A stretch of 64,000 nt of DNA from Octopus sinensis. Taxonomy: Eukaryota. Positions within the stretch are counted from its first letter, which is position 1, and every line of letters starts with the position of its first letter. The position numbers were made by a program, and so were the translations under genes. The notes under the pieces are model-generated. The model had not been told where the DNA came from and ran no database searches. It was given only the letters and a program-made list of their open reading frames with translations. Location of the stretch: positions 81,096,001 to 81,160,000 of the forward strand of contig NC_042998.1 in assembly GCF_006345805.1 (NCBI RefSeq), in the 5' to 3' direction. Below, one piece after another: positions 48,300 to 61,176 of the stretch.

Positions 48300-51027
48300 C
48301 ATAGATATACACATACATACATATATTGATGTATATATGTATGTATATATATAGACACTATATGCACTCAAACGTGTATACTCATGTGTATGTACGTCTG
48401 AGCAGATGTGTGTATGTGTGTGTGTATGTATGCGTGTCTTTATGCTAAAATTCTATGCAATTTTCGCATTATAATTTTCGAACTTGGATGAAGTTTCCTT
48501 AGATTCACTTATCTTTTTCTCAAAGAATTTACATTTGGATATGCAAAGCTATTTACAACTTTACTGTTACATTGTTGCATACTGATATTATTACAATCTA
48601 CCGTCATGTATCCTAAAAGTTTTATGTGAATATCTACTACACTGATGTGTGTACATCCATTACTTTTCCAAGATACCGAAATGCTTTTTCAAACTCACTC
48701 AGATTTCTTTTTAAGGTGGAGTTTGTTTGAGTTGTTACCTGTGTCATTTTAGTGTTTCTTGTTTTGTGCAGATTGTGTGTAATGTAAGTTTTAATAATTT
48801 GAAAGGCGGTATCTGTGTTGTGCGATTGACGCTATGTTTTATACAAGCTTAACCACCAGTGACTAGGTAACTCATGCGCAAAGTTGTTTGTGATATTTCA
48901 AGAGTTGGATTTGTTTATATTGTGAGTTGTACGAGTTGCTGGTGCTTTAATGTCGGGTATATTAAGTAAATCTTTCCTAGCGGATGTTGTCTCTGTAGTT
49001 TGTGTTCTGTTATTTTTCATTGGTGGTGATTCTGTATGTGCTGTGTGGGTTGTGCTACTGTCTTGGTTGTCAGTAGTACATGTGTTGCCTGCGGAAGGTG
49101 TATTATTAGAGCTGTGCTTTTGAACTGGATGTGTCCAGCTTACACTGTATACCCAGCAAGACATGACGTGCTGGCTGAAAGACACTACGAGATGTCATGA
49201 TCATTGGCATGGTATATCTTTGTTTAAACTTATATTTATCAAACATTAGTATTTGCACAGTTTTCATATATCACATACGGTGTATTTCAGTTTCAAAACA
49301 CTCAAACTTCGCCAGTTTCTTAATTTTATTCAGGAAATGTTTTGGATCACGATATCTATCAGTGTACTGATAATTTTGTTCCATTCTCTGATAATTACAA
49401 CTCGAAGTATTGTCTTCAATTTCCCATCAATATTGATAGAGATGTCACAGATGTTTGTGGTCAAGTTGTTGACATATAGCGTGTAATATGATTCCACCTA
49501 TACTTTTCCAGTTTTTATATTGAAGTGTGAATCTTATCCAGGGGACATAACCTCTAAACTTTTTATAAATGTAATTCGATTGGTAGTGACTGAGCAGCCA
49601 TATACACATTCATTGTACCATTGCATAACCTGACCTTGATGTTTATATCATTTTTCCTTTTGTAAGGCGACGAGCTGGCAGAAACGTTTGCACGCCGGTT
49701 AGCACGTACTGGGGTCGACCTAGTCGACTTGCCCCTCCCCACCAAATTTCGGGCCTTGTGCTTAGAGTAGAAAAGATTATTTTATATCTGTAATTATTCG
49801 TAACCAAGCGTTGGAACTACGCAGTTAAAAACACGCCTTTTGTTTCTCGTTTAATCGAAAGCATTTTTGCCTTTGTTGACATTCATTTTGTTTTTTTTCC
49901 TTCTCTGTCTATTCATGCACAATATTAACTATGTTGATGTAGTTCTTTTCTATGCTTTCTCTTCACTCTATTATGAAATACCGTTTTGCCTTTCGTTTGT
50001 TGATTTTGAACTTTCTTTGTTGTTTTACCCTTACCCAAAATGTTTATATTTTTGCAGTGCAAATATTTTCCCGTTTGTTATATATCAAAATCCTATAAAG
50101 ATCGAAACACTTTTGCTTCATAGATGTTCCCTTACTCCAACCGGCAGTTTCGCTTTACTTTCATCCAAAATTATATCTAGTCCCACTTGATTTTGGGGGA
50201 TAGTTTTCCGTTTGTTTCAGACCACTCTCTCCCCATCCAGAAGATAGATATATTCTACTTGTATCACATCGATGGTCATCCCTATCTCCAATAAATGAGA
50301 TCGCCGTTATATTCACTCACTGTATTTATAATAGCGAGCTCAGTTTTTAATATCGGATCAATTTCTAATTATATTTTCGGATTTTCATGTTATCACTATT
50401 GTTATTTTTCCGTAATTTTAATTTTATTAAATACGCTGCGCTTTCGAATGGCGATCTCTGCACCTTGGGCATGGACCTTGTTTTACTCTAGTTTTATATA
50501 TTCAGTTGCATTGAGATATATATTAAGATCTGTAACATGTGTGGTCAAAGCCGTTGCACTACCTTCTGCATGTTGTGTCTTGCTATACATCATAGATTTT
50601 GGCTTGTGATTATATCTTCATGTTATTAATAATTTCAAAAACATTTATTCAAAAACTGTTTCTATTTTCATGCAGCTCATTCTAGTCGTGAGTATTTCCG
50701 GGTTATTTAAATTTTGATAATTTCCTCCAATTCCTTTGCAGATACACAGTTGCTTCATGTGCTTGATATTTTCTTTCGTGATAACAAAACCCTTTAGATC
50801 ACCAATAATTATAATTTCTTGTGATGATTGGCCACTTCTTCATTCTTTTCTATTGTATGCTTCTATCGTCTCAATTTTGATGGTATCTCATTATGCTGGC
50901 TAACTTCCACCGTATGAAAGTCTTCGTCTATCTTGCAGTTTGATATACTTTTAACTGGGTCAGACTGGACAGGGAAAGTGAGATATATCTAACTGTTATT
51001 TTCCCAAACTCCATATGTCTTGCACTT

Positions 51028-51412
51028 GTGGAGGCGCAATGGCCCAGTGGTTAGGGCAGCGGACTCGCGGTCATAGGATCGCGGTTTCGATTCCCAGACC
51101 GGGCGTTGTGAGTGTTTATTGAGCGAAAACACCTAAAGCTCCACGAGGCTCCGGCAGGGGATGGTGGTGATCCCTGCTGTACTCTTTCACCACAACTCTC
51201 TCTCACTCTTACTTCCTGTTTCTGTTGTACCTGTATTTCAAAGGGCCGGCCTTGTCACTCTCTGTGTCACGCTAAATATCCCCGAGAACTACGTTAAGGG
51301 TACACGTGTCTGTGGAGTGCTCAGACACTTACACGTTAATTTCACGAGCAGGCTGTTCCGTTGATTCGGATCAACCGGAAGCCTCGTCGTCGTAACCGAC
51401 GGAGTGCTTCCG
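51028..51412 (+). mobile_element. tRNA-derived SINE (head 1 + tail 1) with 12-bp target-site duplication
   Basis: A-box TGGCCCAGTGG, B-box-like GTTTCGATTCC; TGTCTTGCACTT at 51016-51027 and 51413-51424. Confidence 0.9.
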
Positions 51413-52309
51413 TGTCTTGCACTTAATATATTCAACATCATTATAGGATTAGAGTGTTTTCTAGTTGGAAGTTTTTAATCTTGTGGCACAATCAACAATC
51501 TTAAATCTCAGCTTTGATTCCTGCGTTTGAGAGTCAATGGTCATTCTTGCCTGATGTTGACCATTACCATTTTGTTAAGGCACTGGCCATTTTATTCAAT
51601 ATCCTCACCGCACTGCTGAATCAATTCTATGCACTATGGGTAGGAGCTTTGCTATTTACTAGTTTGGCATTTTTACTGCATTGAGACTACTCAAAGTAAT
51701 AGATGTGGAGGTTGAAGGCGCATGGTTAAGTGGTTAAAGTATTCAACTCACGATTGTAGGGTCACAAATTCGATTCCCGGCAGCACGTTTTTTCCTTGAA
51801 CCAGACATTTTATTTTACGTTGCTCCAGTCCACTCAACCAGTAAAAATGTGTCATACATGTATTTCATAGGACCAACCTTATCACATTCTGTGTCACGCT
51901 GAAGTTCCCTCAGAACTAAGTTAGATTTACGCCTGGTCTGTGGAGTGCTAAGTCACTTGCACGCTAATTCCATGAGCAGGCTGTTCCGTTGCTCGGTTCA
52001 GCAGGAACACTCATCGTCGTAATCGATGGAGCATCACTTAAATACGTAGCAGTATAGTTGTACTATCTCTTGCATATTGTGTTGGCTTCAGAGCACACAG
52101 TGGGTTTAATCTTTGCTTGCATGTGTAACAACATACACCTGTTTGCAAGTTGTAATTCATTTCCAAGATACTTCCTTCCATCGCTTTGTCATTTCATTTT
52201 GCAGTCTAATTATTTCTTAGTAGTTTGCTGTTACACGATTTCTGTTGTTTCACTTTCTCCTTTCAAAACTGCCTGTCGTCTTCGCTTCTGGTTTGTATTT
52301 GTTGTCATC

Positions 52310-52849
52310 GGATGATGACAAAATTATTTTATTATTATTTTTGTTCCGGTTTTATTATTATTTGAATTAGTTTTCCATGAATATTAACTAGATAGTTTTG
52401 TAGTTCTTCAGCTTCTCTAGAAAAACAAATCTACTAATTTCATGAAGCCTCTAACTCCTGTTTCCGTGGGAAATATCTTTCCGAGTAAAGGATGATGACA
52501 AAATTATTTTATTATTATTTTTGTTCCGGTTTTATTATTATTTGAATTAGTTTTCCATGAATATTAACTAGATAGTTTTGTAGTTCTTCAGCTTCTCTAG
52601 AAAAACAAATCTACTAATTTCATGAAGCCTCTAACTCCTGTTTCCGTGGGAAATATCTTTCCGAGTAAAGGATGATGACAAAATTATTTTATTATTATTT
52701 TTGTTCCGGTTTTATTATTATTTGAATTAGTTTTCCATGAATATTAACTAGATAGTTTTGTAGTTCTTCAGCTTCTCTAGAAAAACAAATCTACTAATTT
52801 CATGAAGCCTCTAACTCCTGTTTCCGTGGGAAATATCTTTCCGAGTAAA
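52310..52849. repeat. Three identical 180-bp tandem units
   Basis: Lines 52321/52501/52681 and 52381/52561/52741 are identical; period exactly 180. Confidence 0.95.
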
Positions 52850-54240
52850 ATTTCGAGGTGACGTGTACTCTTAACGCTTTCATTAATCTTCTTATTATTT
52901 ATTCTGTCTAGTCTTGCTCGCTCATTCCGTGTACATTTGAGAATATATCTCTTACTTGTAACGAGGAGAACCATAATAACGTTGCCTATGATCTGTTCTT
53001 GTTTTAAATATCTCTTTAATTCGCCTGTGAATAGTATTCTGGTTTATTGATTCCTAAATATTTATAAGTCTACGTTTGGTCAGTCTCTCATTATCTCTGT
53101 TACTAATTCAATCTTGATATTATTCATGTTGTGAATTAATTTACATTTCCTCATCGTTGACATTACGCATATATTCTTAACAAAATCTCATACCTCTTGA
53201 TAATCGCTGTAATGTCTACAACTGTGCATCTAGCTATTCATCAACTGGTTCGTACTATATCCATATACAAAAGATGCTTCATTTTCTGTCCTATAACATT
53301 GTATCCGATTTCAACCTGTTCTAACAAGTTGGTTATACCTGTAAGCCCCAGACAGAAGAGAAGTGAAGCGATAGATTCGCTTTGGAATATCGATATTTCT
53401 ATATATTTTGTTTTTGTTTGTTTCATACACAAGCATAGTTGTATCGTTGAGAACCTCCTTTTGAAATCACATAATTTCGGGTTTAGTTCCACTGCGTTTC
53501 CCCTTGATCAACTGTCTTCTACTATAGCTCCTGTCTATATGGTAGATAGGAACTCCGTTGAAGCACGTCGCATGTATTCATATACATATATACATGCACA
53601 CACACACGCTCACACATATCTTCTAACTATATATACTTGTTCTCCTCTACCGCTGGTGGAGGATTTCCTTGTACCAACGAAATAATTTGTGTTTTGAAAC
53701 ACAACGCGTCCATGAGATATTATTTCTGGACGAACACCGCCGTCAATTTGCATTTTTGCGATGCATCTGTATTACGTATGATACACAGATTGCTGTTTTA
53801 ATCAAATACTGCTTGTGCTACATATAACCGATTTTTAAACACACACGCCACATCACACTATACCACACATGCGCTCCCACGCACACACGCGCACGCCACA
53901 TAAAAACACGCAATATGTGTAACGAAAAGACATTTCATCAGTGGTCTACCCAATCAGAGCAGGACGACTGGAAAACAACAAAACGACTGGAAAACTGCAA
54001 CATTAATAATAACAACAACAACAACATGAACAGCATCAACAACAACTTCATCAACGACAACAAACATAATAATAATCCTTTCTACTGTAGGCACAAGTAC
54101 TGGAGTTTCGGGGAAGGAGGAAGTCGATTACATATCCCCGATTTAATCGGCCCCGAAAGGATTAAAGGTAAAATTGAAATCAGAACGTAGCAACAGACGA
54201 AATATCGCTAAGAATTTCGCCCGGGGTGCTAACGATTCGG

Positions 54241-56830
54241 GGAACATTTGTCTAGCCAGCGGAGACCACACCCGTTCACTATCCAGGAGAATCCGAGGTG
54301 CCTCAACCTCAGCGCATGTCTGCGAACATTAACCAAGGCATCCCTAAACCTCCCTTTAAAGCGTTTCACAAGTGGCGACCTGCCCTTCCACTAAAAGCGA
54401 AAGAGCTGTCTCTCCAAACTGATCAACCACGAATCCGGACAGGTCACCACGGTCAGGCGGTAGGTAATGACCGATGCGATAAACACATTGGCCACCTGCG
54501 CCCTCTCCTTCAGGTATAGCCACCGCCAAGACCAGGTCTTGACTACTGCAGCCACCCTGCTCAATACCTCCGTCCAGTTCTTCTCTATCTGGAGGCCTGG
54601 TCCAAACCAAACTCCCAGCAATTTAACCGGTCTCTCCATCCAGTGCCCAACAACGCTGTCTGAAGGCATCTACTTGCCAACCCAGGTGCCGAGCTGCAAA
54701 CCGACAGACTCTTCCCGGTTAATCTTTGCTCCTGCGTCCTCTTCGTAAGCCTCAATAGTCTTACCCACTTCACGTAGGCGTGCTACTGAGGTTACGCTGA
54801 TAGTGATATCATCCGCGTAAGCTGTAACAAACTCCTCTGGACTAGGTTTTCTAGGGATGCCACTCAACCTTCGCAGTAGGGGCTCGAGAGCCATCACATA
54901 CAAAAGTGGTGAGAGCGGACATCCTTGACGAACCGAGCGTCTGATGCAGAACGGTTTCGAAAGGAAACCGTTCACCCGAACTATCGAGTCAATGTTGTGG
55001 TACAAAGCGATAAACCACCTGAGAAAGCCAAGGCCCAGGCCGAACCGCGCAAGCACAGTCGCCAGGTATCGATGGTCGACCCAATCAAAAGCTTTAGATT
55101 AGTCTAAATGCACCAATGCCCCACCTTTGCCAGAGTTATCACCAACCCTCTCTATGGTATAGCGAATAAGATGGAGATTATCTTGAATGGTTCTGCGTGG
55201 GATGGCATATGTCTGTGCCTCCCGACTATACCATTCGCGACACGCGCCAACATTTTTGCTAAAACCTTGGCCAAAATCTTCACTTCTGCGTTTAACAGAG
55301 TAATGGGTTTGAAATTATCTTAAACGTCCCCCTTGTCCAGGTACTTTCTGACCAAAGTCACTACTCCTCGGCGCACAGATCTGGGGATAAACCCATTCTG
55401 TTGCCAGTTCGCGTACACGTCAGCCAGTGGTTGTTCGAACAAGTCTGGCATACATTTATACAGCTCGTACAGAAGACCATTAAGTCCCGGCGACTTACCC
55501 TCTTTGCAGTCGGCCAAAGCCTCCATCACCTCCACAGGCGTGATTGGCCCTTCGTAAGACTCCGCATCCCACCGCGAGAGACACGGCATCCTGGCAAGAA
55601 AGTCCTCGAGGTCTCTCCCACCACCAGGATCGCCGTCGCCCCCGAACAGCTGGGCGAAGTACTCCCGAAAGGCCTCACACATTTTCTCGGGTTCGTTTAC
55701 CAAGACACTATTTTGATTCGTCAAAAACCGAATAGTGGAACTATTTCCTTGCCGAGCTCCCACCACTCGGGCCCATCCAGTGGCCTTGATTCCTTCACTT
55801 CCCATCGCACGTAACTTAGCTCTGGCAATACTTCCCATGTGTTGGGCTTCAAGATGCTGGCTTAACTCCATTCTGTTCACCCTTGCTTGGTCCGCATTAC
55901 CAGTCCTCCAGGCTTCTTCTAGTTCCTTAACTAGACCATCTCCTATTCTACGTCCCTTCTTAGCTAAACTTATGCTAAACCTAATAGACTTATATTTGAT
56001 GGCTCTTTTTAGGGCGTACCACCATTTGTTATTAATGATGGTACCTGTTAATCCCCTCTGTATTAACATCTTGATCCGCTTTATGTACTCCTCAATCGCC
56101 AAAAGGGACGTATTGTGTTTCCAGTAGCCAGATTCCCGACTATGCAACTTATCTATCGTCAGTTTACAGCTAACCTTCTTGTGGTCACTGTAACTGACTA
56201 GAAAAAACTGTGGACACTCGGCTATGGAATTATCTGTTTCTCTAATTAAAATCCTATCTAGATATGTTCTGGAGGACCCGTCACTATTTTATCACGTCCA
56301 CTGTGGAGTGTTCGGGTGTTCCAACCTATATGGATCTTCTAGCTGAAATTGACTTAGCAGATCCCATAAGCCTGGGTTACATTTTCTGTTCATGTTCGAG
56401 CCAACACAATCTATGTGTGCTTCACATATTGTGTTAAAGTCTCCTAGCAATACTAGCGAATGCGAGGTGGCTAGGAACTTGCCCAGGTCACGAAAATATT
56501 AACTTTACGGGCCCATAATGTTGGGTGCATAAATAGCGACTAGCCTGATTACCTTGCCACAACTGAATGTCAGGTCAAGAACGACCAACCTGCATTCTGG
56601 GTCAGAAAAAACAACTTTTTCTCGGCTACCCAGTTTCTTTTTAGTAGGACCAACACCAGATCCCCACCTCCCGCTCGACTCGGAGAAACGTATTTCTCGT
56701 AGTCGTTCAGGAGGGGGAGTAGATCTCTTGGCCTCTTCACCCGGGTTTCCGTTGCAACAATTACATCCCTATTTCTCGACCTGATGTCATTTAGGAAGCA
56801 CCCTTGCTTCCAACTCGACATCAGATCATG
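54241..56830 (-). pseudogene. ORF2 (APE endonuclease + RT) of the L1/Tx1-type element
   Basis: VATET, VAIYAP, LGDFN, LDRI, SDHK, GYWKHN, KSPGLNGL, PITLLN, KAFD.VDH, SVRQGCPLSPLLY, AYADD, KIN.EES; several stops and frameshifts. Confidence 0.9.
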
Positions 56831-56835
56831 AACAT

Positions 56836-58330
56836 TTATTCAACCAATGTGAATAGACGTGACTTACCTTTAAGATCAGGGCGTTTTGTGGAGAGGAACT
56901 CTCCACCTTTTCTCGGCTCGCTCTGCTTTTGCTGGTTCGAGCCTTCCATTTTCCTTTTGTTGCTTATTTTTCCTTCAGTTTCTCTCTCTCTTTCTTCCTC
57001 CTCACCGTCTGATTCTTCTACACCTTCTTTACAATATTTTTTAATGTGACCCATTTGGCCACACTGGAAACATCGGGGCTTACGCCCCTCAACAAAAATA
57101 TTTAGAACTTCATCCCCTACTTCCCCGATTTCTGGGAGCTGTTGTAAAATTTTTGGTCAGCCTGCAGTATGAGGTTAAGCGTTTGACCAGTCCAATAGGT
57201 ATTCTCCGTGACGGTAGCCTGCAGGAGGTTAATATTTTCTTCCCTGTTTGCTAGGACTGCCGCTATCAAGCACATAGGGTTTACTCCGGGTGGAATTCTT
57301 GGTATTCTCACCTTTGATGTTTTCATTCCCATGTAAATTGGGATTAAAATTGTGTCTTCCAACTCTAAAGATTTTACAGAGTGTTTTTGTGCCGTTTCTG
57401 CGTTCTTGAACCTCATCACGATGGTTCCAAACTTCTTCCCCCTGGCTAGATATGTAATTTCCTGCCAGATTGGTTTTAGACATTTTTCAATTTTTTGCTC
57501 ATATATCTTATCAATTTTTCGAGCTTTTAAGCAGAATGTCTTAAAAATAATAATTTTCCTTTTTTCCTTCGTTAATTCTTCTGGTATTTCCACTTTTATT
57601 ACTCCACTAGCAGTATCGCCCGGCGTTGCTCAGGTTTGTAAGGGAAATAACTATAAAGCATTTTTAGAGAGTTATAGCCAAAAAATAGCAAAAAAATGGA
57701 AAAAAAAATGATGGTAAATTTTTTTTGAGAGTAAAAAAAGGTTGAGTTGCGTCCCCTAGACAGTCTGTGGTTTGTTTTTTTTATTCTCGACCCCATGTCG
57801 AATTTATCGATTTTTTTCAGAACTGGGGGAACTTTTCAAAATTTTCGCTGCGTTAGTTTTGAATTATGAAATGGGCTATGTGTGTGTCAAGTTTCATCAG
57901 AATCCTTTTTGAAAGCCGTGGTCAGGGTTGAGGGTACGAGAAAAACAGACACACAGAACACGCACAGACAAACTGCCGTTTATATAGAGAGAGATTTCGT
58001 TCTGTTATCATTTCTTTGTATTTTAGTAAATCTTTTTTTGTCAGCTGCCGCGTTCCACTACCAGCTGCTGACGCAAAACTTTTCCTTTCTTCATTTTGGA
58101 TGGTACTTTCTTATATATATCTGTTGGTATTCGTAACTTTTGGTAATGCCGGGAATTCACTTTCCGACACATCAGAAATGTTATCAAAAATTAAACTTTC
58201 TATTTTCTTTGATTCTCGCTCAGTCGATGATTCATCACCCGACGAATACACACTTTTCGGCGTCTTGCCGGCAATTAATGTTTTCCCCCACAGGAGAAAA
58301 CCACAGATAGCTTTCGAAAGAAAACTATAG
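56836..58330 (-). pseudogene. ORF1 (gag-like, CFQCGQMGHIKKYC zinc knuckle), split by a Helitron
   Basis: ORF pieces 57117-57593 and 56836-57054, plus an upstream part beyond 57995 that rejoins in frame when 57607-57994 is removed. Confidence 0.75.
57607..57994 (-). mobile_element. Non-autonomous Helitron (388 bp)
   Basis: Starts TC(TCTCTCTATATAAACGG), ends with hairpin CCTGAGCAACGCCGGG then CTAG; inserted between A and T with no target duplication. Confidence 0.85.
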
Positions 58331-58442
58331 CACGATTTTTAAAGAATAAGTCCAACAATAGGCATAACAAGAGATATAACAATTAACAGAAACTTACGAA
58401 CACACTCCAACAATAAATTTTCAATAACAGACGTATGAAATA

Positions 58443-58700
58443 TCTATTTCTTTACTACCCACAAGGGGCTAAACACAGAGAGGACAGACAAACGGATTAA
58501 GTCGATTATATCAACCCCAGTGCATAACTGGTACTTATATAATCGACCCCGAAAGGATGAAAGGCAAAGTCGACCTCGGCGGAATTTGAACTCAGAACGT
58601 AGCGACAGACGAAATACCGCTAGGCGTTTCGCCCGGCGTGCTAAGACGTATGAAATACCGCTAAGCATTTCACCCGGCGTGATAACGTTTTCGTTTTGTC
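58443..58700 (-). mobile_element. SINE B monomer nested in the head of another SINE B
   Basis: AGACGTATGAAATA at 58429-58442 and 58644-58657 flanks the inner copy; a duplicated head segment lies to its right. Confidence 0.7.
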
Positions 58701-59326
58701 AGCTCGCCTTTTTAGATAGCCAAAATAATGTGAAGGTGCTTCGCATAATAATTAGTGTTTTGAAATCACGATCGTAAGGTTAGGGTTTCGAACTTGTTTA
58801 GGCATTGTGTTGTTGAGCAAAAAATGCTTCATTACACATTGATTCAGACCACCAAGGCATAGATGAGTTCTAGCAATATTTGAGAAGTTAACCCTGTGGT
58901 GGACCGGCGTCCAGTTTAGAGGGGAGTGCTATAACTTCATTCACTTATATGCTATGGAAACCAGATTAAGCTCGTGCTCTATGAGTCCTAGTACGATTTA
59001 TGACAGACTTAAGTATCTCAAATATCCTTTGAGTCATGGCTGATATAAGTATCTTATATATCCAAAACAACGAAGGGATCATAGTAAATTATATGTTGAT
59101 TTAGTCTCTCATATGATTTATGATTGAATAGAAAATAACAACAATATTTCACTGGTAAAATTTAAAATGAAAATGGAACTTGAATATCAAATCCAACCCA
59201 TGTTGCCTGCGAACTCAAATAGTGATCTCCAACACACGTATGTGATGCATCGAGATACAACGACTCATTATCATAATGCTGTGTTATTGATGAATCATTT
59301 TGAAAAATTCAGGTCCCATAAATATA

Positions 59327-59548
59327 TATTTCTTTACTGCCCACAAGGGGCTAAACGTAGAGGGGAGAAACAAGGACAGACAAACGGATTAAGTCGATTA
59401 CATCGACCCCAGTGTGCAACTCGTACTTAATTTATCGACCCCGAAAGGATGAAAGGCAAAGTCGAATTTGAACTCAGAACGTAACGGCAGACGAAATACG
59501 GCTACGCATTTCGCCCGGCGTGCTAACGTTTCTGCCAGCTCGCCGCCT
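59327..59548 (-). mobile_element. SINE B monomer
   Basis: Full head-core-tail; ATAAATATAT on both sides is a possible target-site duplication. Confidence 0.8.
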
Positions 59549-59937
59549 AATAAATATATGTGCATACTAAACTGTTCCATTTTACTAAGAGAAAACGATT
59601 CAACGCTATTTAAATCAGCCAACTCTATAATAGTGGATAATATGAAGAAAAAATCGCCTTAGGACACAAAGGTCTTTAAGTTGTAATATTACAAGTTAAT
59701 GATCAATATTATGTTCGAAATGTATTGTACACTCACCTGGCGAGTCTTTCACAATGCTATTAATTGCTGACTGCAATATGAAATAACATAAATGACATGT
59801 GCTAGAAATAATGTTTTAAATAGTGCCGAGCTACTACTTTCAATTAGAAGTCTTACGGTTACGAAAATAGGTAACATGAAATAAGTTTATTTATTCGCTG
59901 ACACAAACACACATGTGTCTGTCTGCCTGTATGTCTA

Positions 59938-60024
<87 letters not shown>

Positions 60025-60054
60025 CCGTCCGTCTGTCTAGGTACCTGTATATAC

Positions 60055-60100
<46 letters not shown>

Positions 60101-60514
60101 TATATATATATACTGTTTTGTCTGGAGAGAGTCATTTTCATTTTGTGCCTTTTAATTTAACACACTGTGTTAAATTATAAGGCACAAAAAATTACTCTCT
60201 CCAGAGACAACAGAATATACTTCAACACACGAACTTACATAAAGAATCTTGCAAACCAAATCCCCAAACGAAATGTATATATATACATACGTATATATAT
60301 ACATACGTATATATATATATATATAATATATATATATATAATATATATATATATACTTACATACATACATATATACACATATATATTATATATATAAACA
60401 CACACACACACATATATATATACACATATATATATATACATATATAAACATATATATATATATATATACATATATATATACATATATATATATGTACATA
60501 TATATATATATACA

Positions 60515-60554
<40 letters not shown>

Positions 60555-60674
60555 TATATACATATATATACATATATATATACATATTATATATATATAT
60601 ATATATATATAAGTACCAGAATGAGACAAAAAATCCAAGGCTGTGAAAGATTTTAGAACATTTATAAAGAGAAG

Positions 60675-60722
60675 GTCTTACAGCTGTTTCCAGGATATTT
60701 TATATATCTCTTCATCAGAGAC
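60675..60722 (-). ncRNA. Candidate minimal type-I hammerhead ribozyme (GUA triplet, palindromic stem III)
   Basis: Minus: GTCT-CTGATGA-A-GAGATAT(ATAAA)ATATCCTG-GAAAC-AGCT-GT-A-AGAC. Core intact, 4-bp stem I, self-complementary ACAGCTGT. Confidence 0.65.
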
Positions 60723-60971
60723 GGTGCGAGTAAATGGTTAAGCAATAGTTATTATGGAGAAGATATGAAATACAGAGTGAAGTGGAGGAGTGAAGTGAGA
60801 CACGTAAGGATATTGTATCAGCAGTTCCGTTATTTAAGCAGAATGATATTCATATAAGTCTCCTGTACTGTGTTTGAGTTCCAATGGTATTTATAACTGG
60901 TCATTCCAAGCATAGCGTCTTGTAAACGGAGTTATTCGATCGAGACAGAAAGACAGAGTAACACACATATG

Positions 60972-61008
<37 letters not shown>

Positions 61009-61041
61009 CACACACACACACACATACACACACACACACAC

Positions 61042-61081
<40 letters not shown>

Positions 61082-61176
61082 TACATAGTTGAAATTTACA
61101 GAAAAATAAAAGACGAAGACAAGTGTATGAACAACAACCAGTTGCGTTAGTTTGACACTCGGGAAAATTAAAAAGT

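Larger units (their letters stand above)
50640..53450 (-). mobile_element. Old R4/Dong-type element (RT to RLE) interrupted by two SINEs and a tandem triplication
   Basis: Pieces are in the expected order: FQSESIASLLFCLGLT..KHLLYMD (53.4 kb), TYKYLGI, LQNYLVNIHGKLIQ, QNEMTKRWKE, GIKAE..LLIVPQD*KLPTRKH, KCKTYG..CPV..KYIKLQDR (51.0 kb). Confidence 0.75.
54241..58428 (-). mobile_element. L1/Tx1-type LINE, 5' part retained, 3' end missing
   Basis: ORF1 with a CCHC knuckle, then APE endonuclease and RT; sequence stops shortly after GGLGMP at ~54.3 kb. Confidence 0.85.

Noticed and set aside
48800-49500. Possible Penelope N-terminal relic on the minus strand
   Set aside because: Only vague similarity in stop-riddled frames; not enough to call.
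51029-51105. tRNA gene
   Set aside because: A and B boxes are present but there is no complete cloverleaf; it continues into a SINE body flanked by a TSD.
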